Part shown: piece after piece, positions 10,120-19,057 of the stretch
Layout of the letters: each line of letters begins with the position of its first letter
How positions within the stretch are numbered: position 1 is the stretch's first letter
Notes under the pieces: generated by a model
Databases searched by the model: none
What the model saw: the letters and a program-made list of their open reading frames with translations, nothing else
Told to the model about the DNA's origin: nothing
Assembly: GCA_963710675.1 (NCBI GenBank)
Contig: CAVQBE010000015.1
Span: 82,487 to 146,486, forward strand
Direction of reading: 5' to 3'
Length of the DNA: 64,000 nucleotides
DNA from: an uncultured beta proteobacterium
Lineage (GTDB): Bacteria > Pseudomonadota > Gammaproteobacteria > Burkholderiales > Burkholderiaceae_F
Position numbers and translations under genes: made by a program

Positions 10120-11577
10120 ATGGAAGACATCCTGATCAATATCACCCCCCAGGAAACGCGAGTTGCCGTCTTGCTGGCCGGCGTCGTACAGGAGTTACAC
10201 ATCGAGCGTAGTGCGGCGCGCGGCATTGTCGGCAACATTTACCTCGGAAAGGTCGTGCGCGTTTTGCCCGGCATGCAGTCGGCATTTGTCGATATCGGAC
10301 TTGAACGCGCGGCTTTTTTGCACGTGGCAGATATCTGGGAATTTCGCCAGGTCGCACCCGAAAAGCCATTGCCCATAGAGCGTCTGATTCATGAAGGTGA
10401 GACTCTGCTGGTGCAGGTGGTCAAGGATCCAATCGGCAGCAAGGGGGCCCGCCTGTCGACGCAGGTCAGCATCGCGGGGCGAATGTTGGTCTATTTGCCG
10501 CAAGATCCACATATTGGGATCTCGCAGCGCATCGAGAACGAGGAAGAGCGTACTCAGCTGCGCGAGATGCTGCAGCGTCTGGTGCCGCCCGACGAGCGCG
10601 GCGGCTACATCATTCGTACCAGCGCGGAAGACGCCACCGAAGCAGACCTTGCTAACGATCTGGAGTATTTGCGCGTGCTCTGGCGGCGCATTCAGGAGCG
10701 GCGCGCAGAAAGCACTGCGCCCGCTGTTCTCTATCAGGAGCTATGGCTCGCTCAAAGGATACTGCGCGATGTGACTACCGAAGCAACCGCATCGGTTCAG
10801 GTCGATTCGCGAGAGAACTTCGTCAGGCTGCAACAATTCGCGCGCCAGTTCGTTCCGCGCGTCGAAGCGAAGTTGATCCATTACACCGGCGAGCGGCCGC
10901 TGTTCGACCTCCACTCGATCGATGCGGAGATCGAGCGAGCGCTCGCGCGCAGAGTGGAGTTGAAGTCGGGAGGCTACCTGATCATCGACCAGACCGAGGC
11001 AATGACCACAGTGGACGTCAATACCGGCGGTTTTGTCGGGACGCGCAACTTCGACGACACGATCTACAAGACGAATCTTGAAGCGGCGCAGGCGATCGCG
11101 CGCCAATTGAGGCTTCGAAATCTCGGCGGCATCATCATCGTCGACTTCATCGACATGATGAACGCCGAACACCAGGACGCCGTGCTCGCAGAGTTCAAAA
11201 AAGCTTTAGCCAGGGACCGTACACGCATGACGGTAAGCGGTTTCACACAGCTCGGTCTGGTTGAAATGACACGCAAGCGCACACGCGAATCGCTCGCACA
11301 CATCCTGTGCGAGCCGTGTCCGATGTGCCAGGCACGCGGGCAGGTCAAGACATCGCGCACGATGTGCTTCGAAATCCTGCGCGAGATCTTGCGCGAGTCG
11401 CGCCTGTTCGACGAGACACGCGAGTTCCGGATACTCGCCTCGCAACAGGTGATCGACCTGTTCCTGGAGGACGAATCACAGTCGCTTGCAATGCTCTCCG
11501 ACTTCATCGGCAAGCCCGTATCGATGCAGGTGGAGACGGTTTATTCGCAGGAGCAGTACGACGTGGTGCTGATGTAG
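10120..11577 (+). CDS. rng: ribonuclease G
   Basis: 485 aa with an S1 domain (GNIYLGKVVRVLPGMQSAFVDIG) and an RNase E/G catalytic core (IIDQTEAMTTVDVNTG). maf-rng context. Confidence 0.9.
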   Translation: MEDILINITPQETRVAVLLAGVVQELHIERSAARGIVGNIYLGKVVRVLPGMQSAFVDIGLERAAFLHVADIWEFRQVAPEKPLPIERLIHEGETLLVQVVKDPIGSKGARLSTQVSIAGRMLVYLPQDPHIGISQRIENEEERTQLREMLQRLVPPDERGGYIIRTSAEDATEADLANDLEYLRVLWRRIQERRAESTAPAVLYQELWLAQRILRDVTTEATASVQVDSRENFVRLQQFARQFVPRVEAKLIHYTGERPLFDLHSIDAEIERALARRVELKSGGYLIIDQTEAMTTVDVNTGGFVGTRNFDDTIYKTNLEAAQAIARQLRLRNLGGIIIVDFIDMMNAEHQDAVLAEFKKALARDRTRMTVSGFTQLGLVEMTRKRTRESLAHILCEPCPMCQARGQVKTSRTMCFEILREILRESRLFDETREFRILASQQVIDLFLEDESQSLAMLSDFIGKPVSMQVETVYSQEQYDVVLM

Positions 11578-12245
11578 TGGGTCCCGGCACTCGCGTTCTG
11601 CTGATTGTGGCGACTCTCGTCGGCGGGCTCGCCGCCGACATGTACACCAACATTGTCGGACAAACAGTGATCGGCCTGATCGTTTGGCTGACGCTGTTCT
11701 CGTTACTGGCTGATGTAGACCGGGACACGCGATTCATGCTGATGGCGTGTCTGGTGATCGCCACCGCAGGCGAGATCGTGCTTTCGCTCGGCTGGGGCCT
11801 GTACACGTACCGGCTCGACAACATTCCGTTGTTCGTGCCGCCGGGCCATGTTCTGCTGCTGCTGCTTGGACTGTCGCTCGCGCGCGCGATGCCGGACGGT
11901 GTCGCGCTCGCCATCATTTGCGGCGCCGGTATCTATTCATTCACTGCCGGCGCCGCAGGAATCGACACGCTTGGCGTTCTGCTTTTCGGCGTTCTGTTGA
12001 CAGCGTCGGTGGCGATGCCGCGACAGCGTCGCCTCTATGCAAGTACGTTCGTACTCGCGCTCGCCCTCGAGATCCTGGGCACATGGCTCGGCAACTGGAG
12101 CTGGGCTCGCGATGTACCCGGCACATCACTCGTCACAACCAATCCACCGGTGGCTGCCGGAGCGTTCTATTGCGCGCTCGACGCACTTGTGGTTTTGGCG
12201 ACAACACGGATGCGGGGGGCGAGAAGAGTACCTAGTGTTGCGTGA
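11577..12245 (+). CDS. polytopic membrane protein of unknown function
   Basis: GTG at 11577 overlaps the rng stop. About 6 hydrophobic helices. The part of the track ORF upstream of 11577 overlaps rng and was discarded. Confidence 0.55.
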   Translation: MGPGTRVLLIVATLVGGLAADMYTNIVGQTVIGLIVWLTLFSLLADVDRDTRFMLMACLVIATAGEIVLSLGWGLYTYRLDNIPLFVPPGHVLLLLLGLSLARAMPDGVALAIICGAGIYSFTAGAAGIDTLGVLLFGVLLTASVAMPRQRRLYASTFVLALALEILGTWLGNWSWARDVPGTSLVTTNPPVAAGAFYCALDALVVLATTRMRGARRVPSVA

Positions 12246-12315
12246 CTCTTTGGGTTGGCTCAGGTGCTCTCGTTGCGCGCGAGTTTGGCCGTAGCTGATC
12301 TGGAGAGTCGTCGCT

Positions 12316-12497
12316 GCGCGCAAGCGTTGGGCGACGCTGCCTCGCCTGGGCGTCGGGCACGTCGTGCCAACCACTGCGGTACTCACAACGCCGGCGCGAA
12401 ATAAGGCTAAAGCGTTATTTCGCTCAACAGCCCCGGCGTTGCTCCGCTCCTCGGGCGACGCCCCGAAGGCAGGTCAGCGCCGCCCAACGCTTGCGCG
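12316..12497. repeat. extended-hairpin repeat element, copy 1
   Basis: Outer stem 12317-12333 / 12481-12497 (17 bp perfect). Inner hairpin AACGCCGG...CCGGCGTT (12387-12440) containing GCGAAATAA/TTATTTCGC. Conserved cores GCCAACCACTGCGGTACTC (12366-12384) and GCTCCGCTCCTCGGGCGACG (12441-12460). Confidence 0.7.
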
Positions 12498-12559
12498 AGA
12501 GACAGTCTCACTAGTTGTGGGGAAAGAAAAAAACACCTCGTGCGAGGCGCTGTCGCGAT

Positions 12560-12744
12560 AGCAGCGGCTGGCGCAGCTGCGCCGCCTTTGAGTCGTCGCC
12601 CGAGGAACGGAGCGCCAGCGGGGTCCTTAAGGGCCTGCCTGTCTGAGCGCAGCGAGTTGCAGGCCCGCCGCTGGCGCGAGTACCGCAGTGGTTGCCACTT
12701 CAGTGGCCGACGACGTAGGCGGCGCAGCTGCGCCAGCCGCTGCT
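12560..12744. repeat. extended-hairpin repeat element, copy 2, inverted relative to copy 1
   Basis: Outer stem 12560-12586 / 12718-12744 (27 bp perfect). Inner stem GCGCCAGCGG (12612-12621) / CCGCTGGCGC (12668-12677). The copy 1 cores recur as reverse complements at 12678-12696 (18/19) and 12594-12613 (19/20). Confidence 0.7.
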
Positions 12745-12758
12745 GCTGCACATAAGAC

Positions 12759-13367
12759 CTAACCCGATTCTTTTTTCCGAGGAACCCGCCCCAGCAGATA
12801 AAACTCGTCGTTCGGCCGCATGCCAATCATGTTGGCCATTCGATTCGACAGCGCGAAGAACGCGGCGATGGCGCCGATGTCCCAGATGTCTTCATCAGTG
12901 AAGCCTTGCTCGCGCAACGTATCGAAGTCTGCATCTTCGATCGTCGACGACGCGGTCGCGACCTTCATCGCGAACGCGAGCATGGCTTTCTGACGCTCGG
13001 TGATGTCCGCTTTCCGGTAGTTCACTGCAATCTGATCGGCGATCAGCGGTTGCCTTTCGTATACCCGCAGGATCGCACCGTGCGCGACGATGCAGTAGAG
13101 GCAATCGTTGGCGCCGCTGGTGGCGACGACAATCATCTCCTTTTCACCCTTGGTAAGTCCCGAATCACGCAGCATCAGCGCGTCGTGGTACGCGAAGAAC
13201 GCGCGGCACTCATCGGGCCGGTGCGCGAGCGTCAGGAAGACATTGGGCACGAAGCCCGCCTTTTCCTGAACTTCGAGCATGCGCGCGCGTAAATCCTCAG
13301 GCACGTCAGCGATCGAGGGCACCGGGTAACGGCTGATCGGTTTCCGGTTTGTAGTGCTGTCCTTCAT
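12759..13367 (-). CDS. peroxidase-related enzyme, AhpD/carboxymuconolactone decarboxylase superfamily
   Basis: 202 aa. CxxC motif (CLYCIVAHG) in an AhpD-like fold sequence. Its ATG overlaps the inferred native msbA stop (ATGA). Confidence 0.85.
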   Translation of the reverse strand: MKDSTTNRKPISRYPVPSIADVPEDLRARMLEVQEKAGFVPNVFLTLAHRPDECRAFFAYHDALMLRDSGLTKGEKEMIVVATSGANDCLYCIVAHGAILRVYERQPLIADQIAVNYRKADITERQKAMLAFAMKVATASSTIEDADFDTLREQGFTDEDIWDIGAIAAFFALSNRMANMIGMRPNDEFYLLGRVPRKKESG

Positions 13368-15168
13368 TTGATCTGCTCCTCGGCTTCCGAGCGTTGCTGC
13401 GGCGAATGTGTCGCAAACTGAATCTCATACAAATGTGCGTACAGACCCTGCTCGCTGCCAGCAATTGGCGGTGACTGCCGATTTCGACGATCCGGCCATG
13501 TTCGAGCACGACGATCCGATCAGCGCGCTCGATGGTGGATAGCCGATGTGCAACGACGAACGTGGTTCGCCCCTGCATCAGACGTTCGAGCGATGATTGA
13601 ATGTAGCGCTCCGATTCGGAGTCGAGCGCCGAAGTGGCTTCGTCGAGCAGCAGAATCGGGGCGTCCTTGAGGAGTGCGCGTGCGATGGAGATTCGCTGGC
13701 GTTGCCCGCCGGATAATCTGACCGCACTCTCGCCAATAGGCGTCTCAAACCCTTGAGGCAGCGACTCGATCAGCGGCAGCAGAAACGCAGCCTCTGCGAC
13801 TTCGCGTATGCGTTCCTTGGAGGCGCCACGCTGTCCTCCGTAGGCAATGTTCGCGGCAACGGTGTCATCAAACAGTACGATGTCCTGCGACACCAGAGCG
13901 ATCTGTCTGCGCAAGCTCGCCAGCGTCAGCTGATGAATCGGAACTCCATCGAGCACTATGTCGCCGGACGTCGGGCTGATGAAGCGCGGTATCAAATTAA
14001 TCAAGGTGGTTTTTCCGCTGCCGGACGGACCCACCAGTGCGATCATTTCTCCGGGTGCGACGCTGAGTTCAATGCCTGTTAACGCGTCGGCAATCGTGTC
14101 TGGGTAGCGGAACGACGTGCGCCTGAACTCCACCTGGCCCCGGGCCTTTTCTATCGTGTTCGTGCCGGTGTCTTGCTCAGTCGGCAAATCCATCATGCCG
14201 AACACGCTCTGCGCCGCCGCCGCCATGCGAGCGAGCGGGCCATTCAGCGAGGCCAGGTGCCGCAGCGCGGGTAACAGCAGCAATGCAGCTGCCAGAAACG
14301 TGACGAAATCGCCGGCCGTAAGTTGCGAATCGCGTGCTTGCCATAACGCAACCATCATCACAATCGCCACACCAAACGCCCCGGCAATCTGCGTCAGCGG
14401 CGTGGCAGCAGACCACGCCACCTGCATCCGCATCGCAAAACCGCGCAGTCTGGCGTTGATGTGCCGAAAGCGCTCATTCTCATAACTCTCGCCTTCGTGG
14501 ATTTTGACGACGCGTCTTCCCTCGTGCACCTCCTGCACCGAGCGCGTCATTTCGCCCAGCATCACCTGATTCTCGACATTGAGGCGGCGTAAACGGCGAT
14601 TGAATGCGCGCAGCGTCAAGGCAATCACCGGAGCAATCGCCAGTGCCACCAGCGTCAATTGCCAGTTGTAGTAGAGCAGCAGCAACAGCAGAAAGATGAC
14701 AATTAGCGAGTCGCGCACAGCAGTGCTCAGCACCTCGGCGGCGAGGTTCAGCGCGTTGGTAGCTTCGTTGACGAACTTTGAGATCACGACGCTCGATGGC
14801 ATCTGTTCAAACGTCGCGGCTGGCCAGCGCAGCATGCGATCGAACATCGTCATGCGCAGATTCATCAGGACCGACTGCGAGATGCGATTCAACAGATAGG
14901 AGCTCGCGAAACTCGCAAACCCGCGCACGATGAACAGCCCCACAAACGCGAGCGGTAGCCACATCAAGCTGCTCGAATCCCGTTCAAGCAGTGCGCGGTC
15001 AGTCAGCACGCCAGTCAGCTTCGCCAGAATAGGATCGGTCGCTGCAGCGATCGCGGTCGCCAGCAACGCGAAAGCCAGGACCTTTCGATGGGCGAGCACC
15101 ATACCGAACAAGCGGCGCAGGTTCGGATCGTCGAGCAACCGCGGTTGCGCCGGGGAAGAACTCGTCAT
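13306..15168 (-). CDS. msbA: lipid A export ABC transporter ATPase/permease (MsbA-like); 3' end frameshifted
   Basis: Start at MTSSSPAQPRLL (ATG 15168). Six-TM domain plus NBD with GPSGSGKTT, LSGGQRQRISIARA and LLLDEATSALD. After ...GSHRQLLAA the literal frame becomes nonsense. The alternate frame reads EQGLYAHLYEIQFATHSPQQRSEAEEQIK, stop at 13364. Confidence 0.85.
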   Translation of the reverse strand: MTSSSPAQPRLLDDPNLRRLFGMVLAHRKVLAFALLATAIAAATDPILAKLTGVLTDRALLERDSSSLMWLPLAFVGLFIVRGFASFASSYLLNRISQSVLMNLRMTMFDRMLRWPAATFEQMPSSVVISKFVNEATNALNLAAEVLSTAVRDSLIVIFLLLLLLYYNWQLTLVALAIAPVIALTLRAFNRRLRRLNVENQVMLGEMTRSVQEVHEGRRVVKIHEGESYENERFRHINARLRGFAMRMQVAWSAATPLTQIAGAFGVAIVMMVALWQARDSQLTAGDFVTFLAAALLLLPALRHLASLNGPLARMAAAAQSVFGMMDLPTEQDTGTNTIEKARGQVEFRRTSFRYPDTIADALTGIELSVAPGEMIALVGPSGSGKTTLINLIPRFISPTSGDIVLDGVPIHQLTLASLRRQIALVSQDIVLFDDTVAANIAYGGQRGASKERIREVAEAAFLLPLIESLPQGFETPIGESAVRLSGGQRQRISIARALLKDAPILLLDEATSALDSESERYIQSSLERLMQGRTTFVVAHRLSTIERADRIVVLEHGRIVEIGSHRQLLAASRVCTHICMRFSLRHIRRSNARKPRSRSNEGQHYKPETDQPLPGALDR

Positions 15169-15291
15169 GGTGTCGCGTGCCAGAATCTGTTGTGCGATGA
15201 GGGCCTGTTCACACCAAAACCTTCGACGACCGTGCTTAGTGTATGCGAAGCACCTCGATGCAAGCATTCGAGTCTTGGTTCGCATGGAATC

Positions 15292-16188
15292 GTGAAGCCG
15301 CTGCTGGTTCGACTGCCGAATCACCTTGGGGACGCGTGCATGGCACTGCCTGCGCTCGATCTCCTGGCTGATCACGGTTTCACACTGACGCTTGCTGGCC
15401 GGCCATGGGCCACCGATCTGTTTTCCGCCTATCCATGGAAGGTAATTTCGTTTGCAAGCTCGCGTATCCAGGCCCTGCGGAATGCCAGAGTGGATAGCGG
15501 ATTGCTGCTGACGAATTCGTTCAGCACCGCACTTGAATTCAGGCTGGCCGGGATTTCCGCTGTCGGCTACGCACGAGATGCGCGTTCATGGCTACTGGAC
15601 CAGGCGGTCGCCGTGAACGCCAGAGATCACATGGTCGAGTACTACCACCGGCTCGCTTGCATAATCGTCGATGCATCGACAGAGGTTCCGCGCGACCTGC
15701 AATTGCGCATCAGCGAGCGCGCCTTGCGGCATGCGCAGCAATTACTCGCTGCACACGAGGTCGGACCCGAATATGTCGTGCTGTGTCCGGTCGCCGTAGG
15801 ATTTCATCGTGGCAAGCTAAAGGCGTGGGGCGGTTTCACTCAGCTGAACGCCGAGTTGCTGGCTGAGGGAATGCGAGTGGTGGCGATGCCTGGGCCGAAT
15901 GAATCTGAGACGGTGCGCCAAGCGTTGCCTGGCGCGATTCTGTTACCCGAATCGGATGTCGCGAGCTTTGCAGCAGTCCTTGCAGGCGCACGCTTGGTCG
16001 TCGCCAACGACAGTGGAGCCGGACATCTGGCCGCAGCGGCGGGGGCGCGATTGATTAGCGTCTTTGGCGTAACCGATCCCGAAAAGACACGCCCATGGAG
16101 CACGCGAGCCACGCTAGTCGGTTCGAGCGATGGTTGGCCCAGCTATCAAGCGGTTCGATCTGCGGTCGACTCCGCGCTGCGTGACTGA
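15292..16188 (+). CDS. glycosyltransferase family 9 (LPS heptosyltransferase-like)
   Basis: GTG start chosen at VKPLLVRLPNHLGDACMALPAL, a typical GT9 N-terminus. C-terminal NDSGAGHLAAAAG motif. Divergent from msbA. Confidence 0.75.
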   Translation: MKPLLVRLPNHLGDACMALPALDLLADHGFTLTLAGRPWATDLFSAYPWKVISFASSRIQALRNARVDSGLLLTNSFSTALEFRLAGISAVGYARDARSWLLDQAVAVNARDHMVEYYHRLACIIVDASTEVPRDLQLRISERALRHAQQLLAAHEVGPEYVVLCPVAVGFHRGKLKAWGGFTQLNAELLAEGMRVVAMPGPNESETVRQALPGAILLPESDVASFAAVLAGARLVVANDSGAGHLAAAAGARLISVFGVTDPEKTRPWSTRATLVGSSDGWPSYQAVRSAVDSALRD

Positions 16189-17429
16189 GTAGCAACTGGA
16201 CTTTCGCGAGCCAGGCAAACACCGAGCAAAATCGCAATCAAGTGTCCTTCATTGAACGTATGAAAGTGCGAACTGAACAGGCTTGTCAGGCTCCACGCTA
16301 GTAGCAGCGCGATACCGACTACAGCAAACGCCCCACGTACCTGCTGCCGAGCGGCGGAAAACAAGAACCACGCAAACGCGACCAACCCGAGCAAACCTGT
16401 CTCCGCCAAGATCAGCAGGTATTGATTGTGAGGGTCGGCCGTAAGCGTTGCCTTCCATCCGGTGTAACGCTGCGTCACCACTCGTCGATATTGTTCGGGA
16501 AAGGAACCGAGTCCATGCCCGATAAGTGGCGAATCGCGGACGATAGAAGCCGTGGTTTCCCACATCACTGGGCGAATCCCCATGGGAGTGATCACCGGAG
16601 AGCTGTGCGTTTCCCGCAGCTCCTTTAGGCCCAGCTCGATCCGCTGGGTGATTAGCGGCGAAAGCCACACCGCGCCGGACAACAACACGATGAGTGACCC
16701 GATGGCAGCAATTCGCGCGCGGCGCCGCGTCATTCCAACGATTACCACGACAGACGTCACTGCCAATGCCAAATACGCGCTTCTCGCGTAAGCAACCAAT
16801 ATGACGTTGGCTACCATCAACACAGACGCTAACCCCAACGCCCACTGCTGCCATGAACCGCGTCGCGCGTGCAATAGGAGCACTAGAGCGAGTAATGCGC
16901 CGGTCGTCAGCGCCAAGCCCTGCGTGACGTGATTTCGCAAAATGATTCCGCTTGCGACATCGGAGGTCGCTTGCGCTGGTCCGAAATCGAACTCGAAAAA
17001 GGAGGCGACGGTTGCGGCAGTCGCCGTAATGACGTAAAGGGACGCGAAGGCCAGCTTTGAAAATCGCGTGTCGAAAATCGCGAGCGCGATAAACAGCAAT
17101 AGGAAATGGCGCCACCCTAACCACGCTTTCAGCGCTATAAAAAACGGCGCCTCGCTCCATGTCACAGACAGCAGCAGGACAGACAAGAACACGATGCAAG
17201 CCTTGCCTAGCGGCTGGTGCCAGGCCCACCGGATACGCTGCACGCATGATGGCGCTGCAATGAACGCGAGCAGCATCACGACTGCAGCGATGTTGGCTAC
17301 CGCTGCGCCAGTAAATGCCCCGATCGCAACCAGCGCAGCGGCAATGCGCGCAATTGCGAGTGATACACGGTCTCGGCCTAACTGCTTGCGTACTAAGCGA
17401 GGCAGGCTCAAAGAATTCGTCGCCTCCAT
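16146..17429 (-). CDS. O-antigen ligase family (Wzy_C/WaaL-like) membrane protein
   Basis: 427 aa, about 10-12 TM helices, with a periplasmic loop containing GHGLGSF and HNQYLLILAETG, typical of O-antigen ligase-like proteins. Confidence 0.75.
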   Translation of the reverse strand: MEATNSLSLPRLVRKQLGRDRVSLAIARIAAALVAIGAFTGAAVANIAAVVMLLAFIAAPSCVQRIRWAWHQPLGKACIVFLSVLLLSVTWSEAPFFIALKAWLGWRHFLLLFIALAIFDTRFSKLAFASLYVITATAATVASFFEFDFGPAQATSDVASGIILRNHVTQGLALTTGALLALVLLLHARRGSWQQWALGLASVLMVANVILVAYARSAYLALAVTSVVVIVGMTRRRARIAAIGSLIVLLSGAVWLSPLITQRIELGLKELRETHSSPVITPMGIRPVMWETTASIVRDSPLIGHGLGSFPEQYRRVVTQRYTGWKATLTADPHNQYLLILAETGLLGLVAFAWFLFSAARQQVRGAFAVVGIALLLAWSLTSLFSSHFHTFNEGHLIAILLGVCLARESPVATQSRSAESTADRTA

Positions 17430-18156
17430 CGCGCTTGATCGTTCTTCGCCACCATCGATCCCATCGGAAGCGCAGCCATGTCCTCACCTTGGTGCGACCG
17501 ATCCGCTTTCGATCAAGCACGCTGACAAAGCGTCCATTCATGCTGCCTTGTTCGACGATCGGATCGCGAAGCCAGTAGTGGACAACGCCCATCGCCGCGT
17601 CAGCCTCGCGCATTAGCCAGTCAGCCGGCCGTGTAATTTTTTGGCGAGCAATGTACTCGAGCCGCAATCGAGCGGCGCGCTGATCAAAGACAACGGCATC
17701 CGTCGCCGGCAAAGCCAAATCCGTTTTCACGAGTACCGAATCGGAGTGCTGTGCCGGGGCAACATACTTGTTGTCCCCGCAGCCCAGATAGATCATGTAG
17801 GGATGTTTGATCAGATCTGCGCCGCGCATCGCCGCACCGAAGACCGTGGAAAAATTGGCCGCCAGCATCGCGTCGTCCTCGAACACCAGCACTCGCCGAT
17901 AGCCGCGCGCGACGCAGCGTCTCCATGTTTCGATGTGCTTCAGCACAAGCGATTGCTGTGACGGCCCCATGTCACTTGGAGCAAACGTCGCTTCGATCAG
18001 ATCGGCACTCAGCTCGGCTGCGTCGTGGTCAAAAATCCACTCGAACGCGATTCCGTGCCTTCGTAGCTCGGCTTCGATATGAGCAATCCGGTCGTGAAAC
18101 GATCGCACCGACAAGACAAAGACCGCGTCGACCAACTCGTTTACGGGGGAATGCAA
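17408..18156 (-). CDS. glycosyltransferase family 25 (LPS core); 3' end uncertain
   Basis: N-terminal 240 aa (VFVLSVRSFHDRIAHIEAELRRHGIAFEWIFDHD...VLVFEDDA) is GT25-like. The literal ORF has no stop until 16249 and would overlap all of the ligase gene. An alternate frame stops at 17408-17410. Confidence 0.6.
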
Positions 18157-18293
18157 TCGATTGTCCTGCGATGGTGGAAGACGAGAAAGCTACCGGATCA
18201 GACATGATGCGAACAAGCAACTTGCAAAGCGATTGTAGAGAAGCAGGCTCGCAGGCACCCGTAAGATGCCGCTCGCCTACACAGTGACGAACC

Positions 18294-18548
18294 ATGAAAC
18301 CCCGCCTGAGCGTCGCCATTATTACGCTGAACGAAGAACGCAACCTGGCGGACTGCCTTGCCAGCGTGGCGTTCGCGGACGAAATCGTTGTCGTGGACGG
18401 CGGCAGCCAGGACCGCACGTGCGAGATCGCGCGCGCCGCTGGGGCAAGGGTCGTAACCGCGTCCGAATGGCATGGGTTTCGGAGTGCAGAAAAATCGCGC
18501 GATCGATGCATGCGCGGGCGATTGGGTGCTTTCGGTCGACGCAGATGA
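18294..18548 (+). CDS. glycosyltransferase family 2, N-terminal fragment (frameshifted)
   Basis: MKPRLSVAIITLNEERNLADCLASVAFADEIVVVDGGSQDRT... is sensible up to EWHGF, then becomes nonsense. Confidence 0.8.
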   Translation: MKPRLSVAIITLNEERNLADCLASVAFADEIVVVDGGSQDRTCEIARAAGARVVTASEWHGFRSAEKSRDRCMRGRLGAFGRRR

Positions 18549-19053
18549 GCGTGTGCCCGCCGCCCTGCGCGACGAAATCCAGGGCGTGCTGCGCAACCCC
18601 GCGTTCGATGTCTATGAGATGCCGCGCAGTTCCTATTACTGCGGTCGCTTCATGCGCCATTCAGGATGGTGGCCGGACTATGTCAGGCGATTGTTCAGGC
18701 GCGCAAGCGCGCGATTTTCGTCAGCGCCAGTGCACGAGTCTTTGCAGACCGAAGCGAGTATCGGGAGGCTCAACAATCCGCTTGAGCATTGGAGTTTTAG
18801 AACAATGGAGCAGGTGCTGCACAAGGTCAATCACTATTCATCACTATCCGCGCCCGTCGTGTTGCAGCGGGGGCACCGTCCGACTGTAATGACGGCCGTC
18901 CTGCACGGCGTTGCTGCGTTCCTTCGCACCTACGTCCTCAAGCGCGGGTTCCTCGATGGCGCTCACGGCTTCATGCTTGCCGTCAGCAACGCCGAAGGGT
19001 CGTATTACCGCTACATCAAGGCGATGCTGCTGCATCAGCAATCGCGTGACTGA
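18472..19053 (+). CDS. glycosyltransferase family 2, C-terminal fragment of the same gene
   Basis: GFGVQKNRAIDACAGDWVLSVDADERV continues the GT2 fold exactly where the previous ORF loses sense. The junction is at the GGG run near 18473-18477. Confidence 0.8.
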   Translation: MGFGVQKNRAIDACAGDWVLSVDADERVPAALRDEIQGVLRNPAFDVYEMPRSSYYCGRFMRHSGWWPDYVRRLFRRASARFSSAPVHESLQTEASIGRLNNPLEHWSFRTMEQVLHKVNHYSSLSAPVVLQRGHRPTVMTAVLHGVAAFLRTYVLKRGFLDGAHGFMLAVSNAEGSYYRYIKAMLLHQQSRD

Positions 19054-19057
19054 TGCG

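Noticed and set aside
16249-17407. Treating the 635-aa ORF (16249-18156) as a genuine GT25 fusion protein
   Set aside because: Beyond about residue 245 the translation is Arg/Cys/His-rich nonsense overlapping a credible multi-TM ligase gene in another frame. A nearby alternate-frame stop gives a normal-length GT25.
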